From positions 1,054,001 through 1,118,000 of the forward strand of contig OZ237740.1 of NCBI GenBank assembly GCA_965178125.1: a stretch of DNA of 64,000 bases, read 5' to 3'. Of this stretch, positions 13,970 through 25,900 are shown piece after piece. Position 1 is the first letter of the stretch. Each line of letters opens with the position of its first letter. A model generated the notes under the pieces. The model was not told the origin of the DNA. It ran no database searches and was given only the letters and a program-made list of their open reading frames with translations. Made by a program: the position numbers and the translations under genes. The DNA comes from Bilabrum cf. latius (Eukaryota).

Positions 13970-15700
13970 ATGTTGGAAATGGCTGCACTGTTGGCTATCT
14001 GCTTGTTTGGAGACGTACTGGGACAAACGCTAAAGGCCCCAGACGTTATTACGCTAACCAACGAAAAAATATCTCTCCAGCTCACAGCTCAGTATGGGTA
14101 TGCTATTTCTGGTTTTGGACCTGGCACACAAGATAGCTTCACCAATTTGATCAACCATCATGACGAGGGTCGAGAGGCCCAGCTATCGTTCTACGCCGGG
14201 CCTCGCGGATACGATCCGGGAAAATGCGGCAAGAAAGGCTGGCCGAATTGGCCGTGGAATCCAATTGGAGCCGGGGATTGCTACATGAACAAGGGAACGT
14301 TGCTGCACCTGTCGCAAGCGTCCCCTGACCAGGTGACGATCATCACGAGGCCTCTGCAGTGGGCGTGCGACAACGTGCCGTGCGAGTGCACGTTTCGCCG
14401 CGACATATAGCTAGTGGAGAACACGGCAAGAGTTCGCGCTGTGCTGACCAACAACCGATCGGACAGGACAGACTACGGTAACTTCGGGCAAGAGCTCCCG
14501 GCAGTTTACACTATCTCTCCGCTGTCGCAACTGATCACCTACAACGGCTCTTCACCCTGGACGGGTGCACCAATGTCGACCGTTCCTACCCCGGGGAACC
14601 AGCCACCGTGGGCGCCCGGTAGAACCACCACCTCGGAGGGCTGGGCCGCGTTTGTCGCTCCGCCGGGAAGCAGCGGGGCGACCCTGCCGCCTGGAGTGGG
14701 CGCCGGGCAGGGGGTCGGTCTGGCACACGCTCAGGGCATCAGCAGCTTTCTGCTGGGCTTCCACGGTACCAAGGGCCCCGGCGGTCCCACTGATGATAGC
14801 ACTGGGTACATGGCTGCATTCGACACCGCGGACCTCGCATGGGACATCGTGTATGGCTACAATTTCTCCCTAGTGTTCGGGACCCCCGAGGAGGTGAGAC
14901 AGGAGGCCACGAGGCAGCACGTCGCAGCCGCAGCCACGCACGGCGCTGCCCCCGGTGTGGACGTGGGCTCAATCGCGGAGGAGCTGCTGCAGGCAGGTGT
15001 ACTAGAGAATTAGAGCGAAGGTGCATCGCATTGGGGTGCGCGGGGCCGCTCCATCCAGCACCCCGCGCTGTGGCGGCCAGCGGTGCCGGGCCGCGGCGGC
15101 TCCTTTGCGACTGAAAATGAAGCGTACATGCGACTCGTCGTGCGTTAGAACGATAGTGCCGCGCTCGTTTCGCCGGCGTTCCCGGCCCCGGAGCACTTGC
15201 TCCGGAGCGAGCACATCAAGCTGCGATTGAAGGTGCGCACTTGCTCCGGGGCGTCGCTTGAGTTGCGCGCAGTCGCTGTGGAATCCGACTCCATCGAGTC
15301 GTTTAACGAGACGTCTGTACCGCTTGGAGGTGGTGATCAGCTCCAGCTGTCAGCAATGATGAATCAATGGGCCGGCGCACCCGCCGACTATGCGAAGGGA
15401 GCCGGCGCGGTTGATGCAGCACCCAGTCACAGTGCGACGCGGACGCCGTGGATGCAATTGCAACCTGCTGAAGAGGCCGAGCGTGATCCAGCCGGTGCTA
15501 TCCAACCGGCGGACTGCCCTGAGCACGCTGTTTGGCAGACTGCAGAGCTTGACGTGGACGTGCAGCCTGAAGCTGGCAGTCTGCATCGGCAAGGCGCGCT
15601 GCTGCGCGTGGTGCTTGGCGCTCGTTGGGAGCACCCATCCCTCTCTGCGGCTTCTCGCATCGCCACGGTACACATTGCTAGCGTGCAGACTCATTGGTGA
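13970..15700 (+). CDS. Secreted protein (~576 aa), unknown function, possibly a carbohydrate-active beta-sandwich
   Basis: Signal-peptide-like N-terminus; frame joined across TAGs at 14408, 15011 and 15146; ends TGA 15698-15700. Conserved-looking block NLINHHDEGREAQLSFYAGP...WPWNPIGAGD. Confidence 0.7.
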
Positions 15701-15725
15701 CGTACTAGATCAATGCGGCGCACCC

Positions 15726-18700
15726 TGATTCAATGGCACCCCTACTGACGAATACAGAGCATCCATGTACAGTGATGTTTGGGCCGATAGTGGTATACTG
15801 ATCGGATCAATTCCGAGTACGAGCTGAGCGAGACCAGCGCTCTCACTTAGGGGAATTCAGAAGAAGATAAAGGAAATAATTTTTACTTTTATAGAATTGT
15901 TTCTTGTCTTGTTGGCCCCATTTCCTTCGGATATGGATGGGGCGGCATCGCGGCGGAGGCCGGGAGGTGAGGGGGGACCAGTAGTTGGCGGACAACAGAG
16001 GGGCCTACAGCTGAAGGGAGGGGTGCCAGGCGGATAAGGTTTACTCAGCGAGACAGGGCGTCTTAGGGGCGGGTAAGTGTGTGTGTGTCACTGCTGCCCG
16101 GTAGTGTGTGTAATATTCTCTTGGGAGGGGGGCGGAGGCAGACCGCTCCTCCTCCCTCCGCACTCAGTACCAGCATGAACCAGCCCTCTTTTCTGTTCAT
16201 GTGGACCCCCTGACAACGGGGGGACCACGTGGCACCCACGCAGGATGGCGGCGCAGATTCGGAGGGTACCAACACTCATACCTAGCTACCAACATTTAAG
16301 CGTTGCGGAGGGCAACGGAACGGGGCCAGGGAAGCTGCGTGCGTCTAGCCATCTAGAACACGTGGACGAACTGGTGGTGGCCTTTGCCACCATCCCATTT
16401 CACCAACCAGATGAGGCTCCGTGGTCGCATCTGGTGCCGATGGCCACTGTTAGCAGGACCGTTGGTGGGTGGCTTGGGGGGCCAGGGACTTGGCTGAGTC
16501 AAGTAGGCGTGGGAGTAGGGGTGGGTGCGGTCAGTATGAGGTCCGTGCCTCATGTTGATCGCTGTAAATCCGGCTATAGGTCGGAAGCAACCCACCCTCC
16601 CGGTTGCAACAGTGGGGACGGGTGTGAGGTGGCCACGCGTGAGGTGGTCATGAGACTGGGAGCAGAGGTGTGGTCCGTGCCGTAAAATCCCCCATGTGGA
16701 GCACCTCTGTTTTTCTGGAAGCACAAAGAACCGCGTTGCGGGCCCAGGAAACTTCTGTCCTTTGGATGGCTCCGTGGCCGAAGGGGGACAGAGTGACCTG
16801 CACAGCCGAGAGGAGAGCCTGAATCTCGGATCGACCCTGGGACAGTCGCACCGGCGACACCCACCGAGAGAGCGAGGCGAGATCCTGCACAGCGTACGCT
16901 GCAGTGGAGGACCACTGTGGTGCTGCAAGAGGCACGGCAACGTGCGGACAGCAGCCGGACCCCGTATCCTCACAGAGGGTAAGGCAATGGGAGCCTGAAT
17001 AGGAGCGGACCGGGTGACGACTGTGCTGGGGCTGCGGTGAGCATACAGGACCGTGTCGAGCGTGGTGGGCTGGGCGGGATGTGCGAGCGGTGATGCCCTA
17101 ACTCGATCGAGTTCAAGATTTTTTCTTCTTTTTGCGTGGTGGCGTCCCCTAGGTCGGGGCGGCGTGGGTGTTCCTTGCGGCGTTCGATGGGCGAACAGCC
17201 AAAAGGGGGGCCCAGTGTAGATCCCGTGGCCAGTGGCAGGTAGTCCCCATAGCGGCTTGAAAGGTCCGTGCCGCCTGCCCAGTGCCCGGGGAAGCACCAG
17301 CCAAAACCAAAGCGCCACGGAAGGAGGAGATTACGAGGAGCAGGTACTAGGTACGAGAGTGGAAGCTGAGGGCAGGACAAAGCGGCCAGCCGGGCCTAGG
17401 CGGCACGGAGACGGCCGTGCTAGCGACAGACGAGTGGGCGACGGTGGGTAGCGGCGCACGAGTGGCGCGTGGCGGGAGAGGGAGAGTGCTGGGGGAGCGA
17501 AGCATTGAGCGGTTGATCGACAGATCCACATTACCAACCATCATGATTCAATGGCACCCCTACTGACGAATACAGAGCATCCATGTACAGTGATGTTTGG
17601 GCCGATAGTGGTATACTGATCGGATCAATTCCGAGTACGAGCTGAGCGAGACCAGCGCTCTCACTTAGGGGAATTCAGAAGAAGATAAAGGAAATAATTT
17701 TTACTTTTATAGAATTGTTTCTTGTCTTGTTGGCCCCATTTCCTTCGGATATGGATGGGGCGGCATCGCGGCGGAGGCCGGGAGGTGAGGGGGGACCAGT
17801 AGTTGGCGGACAACAGAGGGGCTTACAGCTGAAGGGAGGGGTGCCAGGCGGATAAGGTTTACTCAGCGAGACAGGGCGTCTTAGGGGCGGGTAAGTGTGT
17901 GTGTGTCACTGCTGCCCGGTAGTGTGTGTAATATTCTCTTGGGAGGGGGGCGGAGGCAGACCGCTCCTCCTCCCTCCGCACTCAGTACCAGCATGAACCA
18001 GCCCTCTTTTCTGTTCATGTGGACCCCCTGACAACGGGGGGACCACGTGGCACCCACGCAGGATGGCGGCGCAGATTCGGAGGGTACCAACACTCATACC
18101 TAGCTACCAACATTTAAGCGTTGCGGAGGGCAACGGAACGGGGCCAGGGAAGCTGCGTGCGTCTAGCCATCTAGAACACGTGGACGAACTGGTGGTGGCC
18201 TTTGCCACCATCCCATTTCACCAACCAGATGAGGCTCCGTGGTCGCATCTGGTGCCGATGGCCACTGTTAGCAGGACCGTTGGTGGGTGGCTTGGGGGGC
18301 CAGGGACTTGGCTGAGTCAAGTAGGCGTGGGAGTAGGGGTGGGTGCGGTCAGTATGAGGTCCGTGCCTCATGTTGATCGCTGTAAATCCGGCTATAGGTC
18401 GGAAGCAACCCACCCTCCCGGTTGCAACAGTGGGGACGGGTGTGAGGTGGCCACGCGTGAGGTGGTCATGAGACTGGGAGCAGAGGTGTGGTCCGTGCCG
18501 TAAAATCCCCCATGTGGAGCACCTCTGTTTTTCTGGAAGCACAAAGAACCGCGTTGCGGGCCCAGGAAACTTCTGTCCTTTGGATGGCTCCGTGGCCGAA
18601 GGGGGACAGAGTGACCTGCACAGCCGAGAGGAGAGCCTGAATCTCGGATCGACCCTGGGACAGTCGCACCGGCGACACCCACCGAGAGAGCGAGGCGAGA

Positions 18701-19361
18701 TCCTGCACAGCGTACGCTGCAGTGGAGGACCACTGTGGTGCTGCAAGAGGCACGGCAACGTGCGGACAGCAGCCGGACCCCGTATCCTCACAGAGGGTAA
18801 GGCAATGGGAGCCTGAATAGGAGCGGACCGGGTGACGACTGTGCTGGGGCTGCGGTGAGCATACAGGACCGTGTCGAGCGTGGTGGGCTGGGCGGGATGT
18901 GCGAGCGGTGATGCCCTAACTCGATCGAGTTCAAGATTTTTTCTTCTTTTTGCGTGGTGGCGTCCCCTAGGTCGGGGCGGCGTGGGTGTTCCTTGCGGCG
19001 TTCGATGGGCGAACAGCCAAAAGGGGGGCCCAGTGTAGATCCCGTGGCCAGTGGCAGGTAGTCCCCATAGCGGCTTGAAAGGTCCGTGCCGCCTGCCCAG
19101 TGCCCGGGGAAGCACCAGCCAAAACCAAAGCGCCACGGAAGGAGGAGATTACGAGGAGCAGGTACTAGGTACGAGAGTGGAAGCTGAGGGCAGGACAAAG
19201 CGGCCAGCCGGGCCTAGGCGGCACGGAGACGGCCGTGCTAGCGACAGACGAGTGGGCGACGGTGGGTAGCGGCGCACGAGTGGCGCGTGGCGGGAGAGGG
19301 AGAGTGCTGGGGGAGCGAAGCATTGAGCGGTTGATCGACAGATCCACATTACCAACCATCA
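15726..19361. repeat. Head-to-tail tandem duplication of a 1818-bp unit (15726-17543 and 17544-19361); candidate mobile-element relic
   Basis: Identical ORF sets offset by 1818 bp; the only difference seen is C16005 vs T17823. Each unit starts TGAT and ends ATCA. Confidence 0.95.
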
Positions 19362-19516
19362 AGGGCGGGCCATTGAATGCGAACGTTCATTCTGGCGCAG
19401 CGAACCTTTTGCGACCTAGTCTCGCACGGCCAGGCCAAGAACCATCTCGTGGCATTTTCGACGGTGAATCACAACTCTCTAACCTAAATTTTGCTTGGCT
19501 TGCTTTCAAAACTAAA

Positions 19517-21130
19517 ATGGGGAACGAATAGAGCACTGGAGGGGGCGGAGGGCCCGAGACGGGACCACGAAGAAAAGATAGGGAAGCCGGGCCAAGCCCT
19601 GCGATCAGCGGAGCTCCGGGCCCAGACGGCCTAGAGTCGAAGCCACTGCCCCCTCAGGTCACATCTGGCGGGTCTGCATCTCCGGGAGGGGCAGGTTCAG
19701 GGGCTGGTGGTGGCCCCGGGGGTGCACCGCCGGCACCGGACGTCACGAGCGAAGCGACTGAAGTTCTCATTGATGCGAGATTTGGCAGAAGTAAAGGGCT
19801 CAAGGCCAATATTGAGGATTTCGAGCTTCTCAAGGTGAGATTGTGACGTCAACCTCCAAAGTCTGACATTGTGAGGCAGTTCGAACCGCGTCCACTGCCG
19901 TCCTGTTGTGTCTTCGGTTCCGCAGGTGCTCGGCAAGGGAAGCTTTGGAAAAGTCATGCTTGTGCAAAAGAAGGATGACAAGAAACAGTATGCGCTGAAG
20001 ACTCTCCGAAAGGAAACGCTGCTGAAGCGCAACCAGGTAGCACACACGAAAACGGAACGGTCGGTACTTCAGGCTGTTGACCATCCGTTCATCGTAAAGC
20101 TCATGTACGCATTTCAGACGAGAGATAAACTGTACATTGTAACGGATTACTGCCCTGGTGGAGAGCTTTTCTTTTGGCTCAAGCGCGACAGAGTATTCTC
20201 ACAGGCGAGGGTGCGCTTGTACGCAGCTGAGCTCATACTGGCGCTGGAGCATTTGCACAAGCTCGACATCGTGTATCGCGACTTGAAGCCTGAGAACATC
20301 CTACTGGATGCAGACGGTCACATCAAGCTCACTGACTTCGGCCTGAGCAAGGAGGCCGTCACCGGTTTCGGACGCGAGGGCGGGACCAAGACGGTGAGGC
20401 GCGATTCGCACTTGCCCCTGTTGCATATTCAGTCAAGGTCGTCGCTTGTACATCACCACCGAGCCATCCTTCCATGCCGACCACCCCTTCCTCTCAGTTT
20501 TGCGGCACTCCCGAGTACCTGGCCCCGGAGATCCTCGAGAACGAGGGCCACGGCAAGGCGGTGGACTGGTGGTCCCTCGGCACCCTGCTGTACGAAATGT
20601 GCGCGGGCCTGCCCCCCTTCTACGACACCAACATGGAGATCATGTACGAAAAGATCATGACCGCAGACCTCGTGTTCCCCCGGCACTTCCTCCCCGAGAC
20701 GCGCTCCCTCCTCTCCGGCATGCTCAACCGCGACGTGACCAAGCGCCTGGGTTACAACGGCGCGGAGGAGCTCAAGGCACACCCGTTCTTCGCGGGCCTG
20801 GACTGGGAGAAGGTCATGCGCCGGGAGATCAAGCCGATGTTCAAGCCGCCGCCGTCCACCTCTGAGACCGACGTGCGGAACTTCGAGGAGGAGTTCACGA
20901 GGGAGACGCCCGTCGACTCGGTGGACGAGAGGGGCTACGGGCTGTCGGCCACGCAGGCCGAACGGACCCACTTCGATGACTTCACCTTTGTAGCGGACAG
21001 CGGCCTCGGGAGGTCGACGGGGTCGGGGGCGGGGGCTCTGGGCGCAGCGGGCGGCGGGGCCGCGGTGGGGAGCGGTGCGGGGGGCGCTGGCACCGATTCC
21101 TTCGGGCCGGAGGGAGGCCTGGGGCACTGA
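19517..21130 (+). CDS. AGC-family Ser/Thr kinase (SGK/PKB/S6K-like) with N-myristoylation motif; exons 19517-19834, 19926-20393, 20498-21130
   Basis: [40 protein letters not shown] and hydrophobic motif FDDFTF. Two GTGAG...CAG introns. N-terminus MGNE*S with TAG at 19529. Ends TGA. Confidence 0.93.
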
Positions 21131-21586
21131 GTGGGGTGGGGTGTTAGGAAGGCAAACAACTTGAAGGCGCGTTTTGTGTGTGTGCATGCGCGCGTGGCCC
21201 TGGGGGCGGTGGCAACGTGCTCGGAGGGAGCCAGGTTGCCCGGCCGCTGGGCCTGCGTGGGAGGGTTCACAGCTATACAACTGGCTGCGCTGATGCCCGG
21301 GCATTCGATGCTTTTGTCGCGAGCCGCTTCAGCGATCGGCCTGGTTCATTTAACTGTGCGACGACCAGCTCGGTGGAAGGGATCCCATCCGTCCCCCACC
21401 GCTCTGAGGCGCGGCTTGGTAGCGAGGACTTCCCACCTCACGCGCGGCATGCATCAGGAGGCACGAGGGCAACGCGTGCATGCGTGGCCCTCGGTGCGCC
21501 TGGATGGCTCGTGCAGCCGTATTGATTCAACAATGCTATTCAATTTTCATTTTTCAATTGCTTTGCTTTGAGTAACGCGCAGCGCT

Positions 21587-22777
21587 TCACTGCCGGCCCT
21601 CCACCGGCAGCTGGCTGCAATCGACAGCGTTCTCCCGCAGGACGCACTGCTCGCGCTCAATAACAGCACGGCTAGCGTCATGGATGTGCACTGCACTGCT
21701 ATGCAGCATGGCCCGACCTTTGGGATTGCGCCGCAGCCCGTCGGGGCGACCCCTTCGCACTGTTCCCTCTGCTTGTGTTCCCTGACCCTTGGCTCGTCTG
21801 GCCTAGATCCAGTCCACGGCCTTGCGCAGCAGCTCCTTCCGCACCGGCACCTGCAGCGCGGCCCCTTTGTCGATGCCCTCCACCGAGTACGGGCCATACC
21901 GCACCCTCCTCAGCCGACTGACGGTGAGCCCGAAGTGCTCCATCGTGCGCCGGATCTCGCGGTTCTTGCCCTCTACCAGTGCCATGCGCAGCCACGTGTT
22001 GCGGCCCCAGTCCCCCTTCTCGGGCCTCTCCTTGAGGGTCCAGTCCTCGCCCAGCCCCTGCCTCCTGCGGTTGCCCACTGGCATCACCTGCACCTCCATG
22101 GGCTGCAGCTTCGTGCCGGAGTCGATCACGAGCCCGCGCCGCATCTGCTTGACCATGTTGGCCTGCACACCCCCGAACACACGGACGTGGTACTCCCTCC
22201 GCAGCCCGGCCTCGGGGTGCTCAAGGAACCGGGCCAGCTCGCCGTCGTCGGTTAGCAGCAGCAGCCCCTCGCTCCGGATGTCAAGCCTGCCCACCGCCTT
22301 CAAATTGGACGCATCTGGAAGCCCCATGGATTGCAGTCGTTCGAATATCGTTGGTCTTCCCTCCGGGTCTCTCCTTGTGACGACTTCCCCTGGCAGCTTG
22401 TGAGCCAAGAAAAGCTGCGGAACGTTTGGCTTCGTAGGGACCCGCATGGTCCAGTCTCGCACTGAAATACGGTCCCCTGCTTCAACGCGATCGGAGGGAT
22501 GCTGTACCTTCCGGCCATTGACGTACACCAGCCCGCGCTCCAGCAACTGCTCGGCCTCTCGCCTCGAATGCTAAGAGTACCGCGCGATTGCCTTGCAAAC
22601 GCGCTCTTGCTGCACTGGCAGCCACGAAAATTCAAATGCCGCTTGTTTTGACCGCTTCTCGGAGGTTTGCAGCTGTGAATGTAGCAAGTCGTCGCTCGAT
22701 GCAAGTGAGGCGAAGCTTCTCCTGCAAGCACGTGGTGAATGCGACGCTGCAAAGCAGCGAATTAGCTGATGCATCAT
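21587..22777 (-). CDS. RluB/RsuA-family rRNA pseudouridine synthase with S4 domain, probably organelle-targeted
   Basis: S4 motif ERVCKAIARYS*HSRREAEQLLERGLVYVNG (TAG 22571), catalytic GRLDIRSEGLLLLT and EGKNREIRR. TAG 21803 read through to TGA 21587. Confidence 0.88.
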
Positions 22778-22956
22778 GCTAGAAATTAAGCTTCCGGACT
22801 GGTTTGCGATGGTTGCGGCAGACATACTCCAATATATAGGAAATGCTATGCCCAAAACCACTCCGGATCTAATTACCACTTTTTATGCAGTGTTGTTATG
22901 AACTTCCCGAAGAACTCGACGTCTTTGGACTGACGCACATTGAATCATCTCTCACC

Positions 22957-25900
22957 ATGAACAATCAATACCCGCATAATTAGTTTTCTGGTCAATTGTG
23001 AGGGCGTGTATGTATCGGATTGTTTCTCTGCTCCCGACACTCGTGAACCAGGAACTCGCCCAGCAGTCATTTGCCTTCACTTCGCAGTCAAGGAGGCCAG
23101 GGGTTTCAACGTGAGATGATATTACAATGTTTTAAAAACCTTTGTTTGTGTCTGTCACGTGGTGTATCTCGCTCCTATCTTTGCAGGCCTTGTCGCAAAC
23201 ACCGCAGGCTATGTCGTGCAACAACAGCAACCCCCCTATGGCGTGCCGACGATGCCGATGACCCCCGCGGGGTGGCCGATGCAAGGTGGAATTCCGATGG
23301 GAGGTCACCCTGGTATGGTGGCGCCTGCGGGGCACGCGCAGCTCCCCAGTGCACACCCCAGTTTGTAGTCTCAGCAAGCGGCAGCTCAGTCCGCACCAAC
23401 AGCATCGCACACCCGGCGACCGCGCCGTACCTTTAAGATAGAGCTAGACGACGGAAAAGAGCCAGAGTGGGCCACGGAGGCCAAAAAGCGTGCAGAGGTA
23501 GAAGCTGCAGCAAGTGCAGCAGAGCCTGCAGCCACGCAAGCACCGGCCCCGCCCAGCCCCTCTCACCTGAAGAAGTCTGACGACGCCCCAACTGCACCTG
23601 CTCCCATGTCACTTCCAGCAAAATCAAAGGAGGTGAGTTCAGGAGAAGCTGGGCCTCAGAATCTGCAGATCCAGATCCGCGCAACTAGAAAAGACTTCGA
23701 CGTCAAGGATGAATCCGGAAACACCCCTGTGTGGGTGAGCAAGCCCGGCCAGGGCCAGGGCAAGGATCTCGCCCAGGGGTAGGACAAGGGCGAGCTTCGA
23801 GCGGCACCCGCCGACGTCGCATCGACGCAAGAAGCTCAGCCGATCGCGCAGGAAGCAGCCGCCAAGGCCCGCCCGCAGCCCCTAGCTCCCATGGCTCACA
23901 GCTCGAGCGCGCCCGAGCGGCTGCAGCCCGACGAGCCTGAGCCGAAGGCCATGCAGCGGGGGCAGTCCACCACGAGCGTGGGCACGAGCAGCTCCCCCAG
24001 CCACTTCGGACCTCCACCTTCTGGCGGCCACGGTGCACCGCCTGCTTCCGCAGCCAGGGCAGCCCCCAGGGCAGATGCCGTGGACGAGGCGGCAGCGGTA
24101 AAGGCAGCCCCCGAGGCATCCGACTCGGTGCTGGATGAGCCCTTCGAGCCGGGCAAGTTCTCGCCTGCCCAGCTCCGAGGCATCCGCAAGGCCATGGCGG
24201 AGATCCCAAGCAGGTCTGCCTCCGGGCCAGCGGGCCTCCTTGCCGCCGGCCTCCTAGGCTTCTCGCTGGCTCCTCGCTAGCAGACCAAGGAGAAGAAGAA
24301 GGGTAAGGGAGGCAAGGGCAGGCGGCACGACCGCGACCGTTTCTCGGAGGCGGAGCGCATGCGGCTTGTGGCCAGCCTCAAGCGCGTGCAGAACCGGTAC
24401 GACCCCAACGTCAAGCAGGCGCTGGATGAGTATTAGGAGGCGACAAGGAAGGTCACCGCCGTGCTCAACAAGCTGACGGCCGGCAATCAGAAGAAGATGA
24501 TGAAGCAGTTCGAGGAGCTCAAGGTCAAGTCCCACCGCATGCTGGTGACGATCGTGGACCTCATCTTCGACAAGGCCCTTAAGGACAAGCAGTTCCAGGG
24601 AGTCATGGCAGCCCTCATCCGGGACATCAAGCCGCTCTCCACCGAGTGGGTCAAAGGGTACGTCGAGCCCTTGTTTGTGTCCGAGGAGGAGGCAGAGGAC
24701 AACAAGGCCCTGCAGGAGATGCGCATGGCGGCCGTGCAGACCGTTATGGAGGCCGTGGACGCCAAGATGAAGAAGCCCGAGCTGGGCGCGCTGGCCCTGG
24801 CCGAGGCAAAGAAGATCCACGCCGCCATCGAGGAGCAGGCTGCCGCCCTCGAGACACCCAAGGTGACCGACGAGGAAGGCGGGGCGGCCTCTGGCGCCGG
24901 CGCGGGTGCCGGCAGCAGCAGCGCAACGGATGAGGAGCTGCAGGGCATGTCCCCTTACAAGCAGGTGGCTGACCTGGTCAACGGCAAGAGCACATACGGG
25001 CGCACGGAAGAGACGCTCAAGGAGGAGCTGGAGCAGCTCAAGAAGGAGCCAGTGGAGGCAGGATGGTACTTTGACCAGTCTGGAGACCAGCAGACTCCGC
25101 CGCCTGTGAGGTGCAACAAGGCCACAGACGAGGCATCTGCACTGCAAGAGGGCATCCGTCGCAGCCAGTTGGAGAACCTGCTCGGCTCACGCGTAATGAA
25201 AGAGTTTAAGCGACAGGACCAGTTCGCTGCGCTTGAGGAGGCCAAGCTCAAAGACGAGAAGGCTTTGGAAGACGCGCAAAACGCGGGCAGCCTGACGAAG
25301 CCGCTGCGCGACCAGCTAGAGCAGAAGAGGCTGGAGCGTGTCGAGGAGCACATGCAGATCAAGAAGCAGCTGCTCAGCAACATCTCCTTCGTGTCGCATA
25401 TCTTCCTGCAGAGGGTGCTACCTCCCACCATCATCCAGGTCAGCCTTAAGCACCTACTGCTGGGGCATCTCTCTCATGACACGTTAGTCGCGGCCAAGGA
25501 AGTGGGCGAGTCTCCCGACGAGCAGAGCGTAGAGTGCCTGTGCAACCTGATCATGCAGGTGGGCGGGCCCTTCTCTAAATTTGAGGACTAGGCTGTGCAG
25601 AAAAGGCCTGGGTACAAGCCGTTCATGCCCAAGGTGCACGAGGTGCTCTCTCAGCTGCAGCAGAATGATGACCTTGATATCCGCCTGCGGTTTTTGTGCT
25701 AGGACGTGCTGGATGCCGAGTCGAGGGGGTGGGTCGTGAAGGGCAAGCACGTCGCCGCTCTGCAGACCACTACCACGCAGGAGGAGTTCCAGAAGAAGCA
25801 GGCCGCCGAGGAGAGGGCGGCTGCCATGAAGCAGCAGAGGGGCCGCGGGCGCGGCGGTGGTCGCGGAGGCGGCGGCAGGGACTTCCGCCAGGGCGGCGGT

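Noticed and set aside
15738-15855. Hammerhead ribozyme (CCCCTA-CTGACGA...TAGGGG), suggesting a Penelope-like element or retrozyme
   Set aside because: No correctly placed GAAA/stem II or UH cleavage triplet.
15877-15945. snRNA-like Sm site plus hairpin (AATTTTTTAC...GCCCCAT...ATGGGGC)
   Set aside because: No recognisable U1/U2/U4/U5 or SL RNA sequence; an Infernal/Rfam search would be needed.
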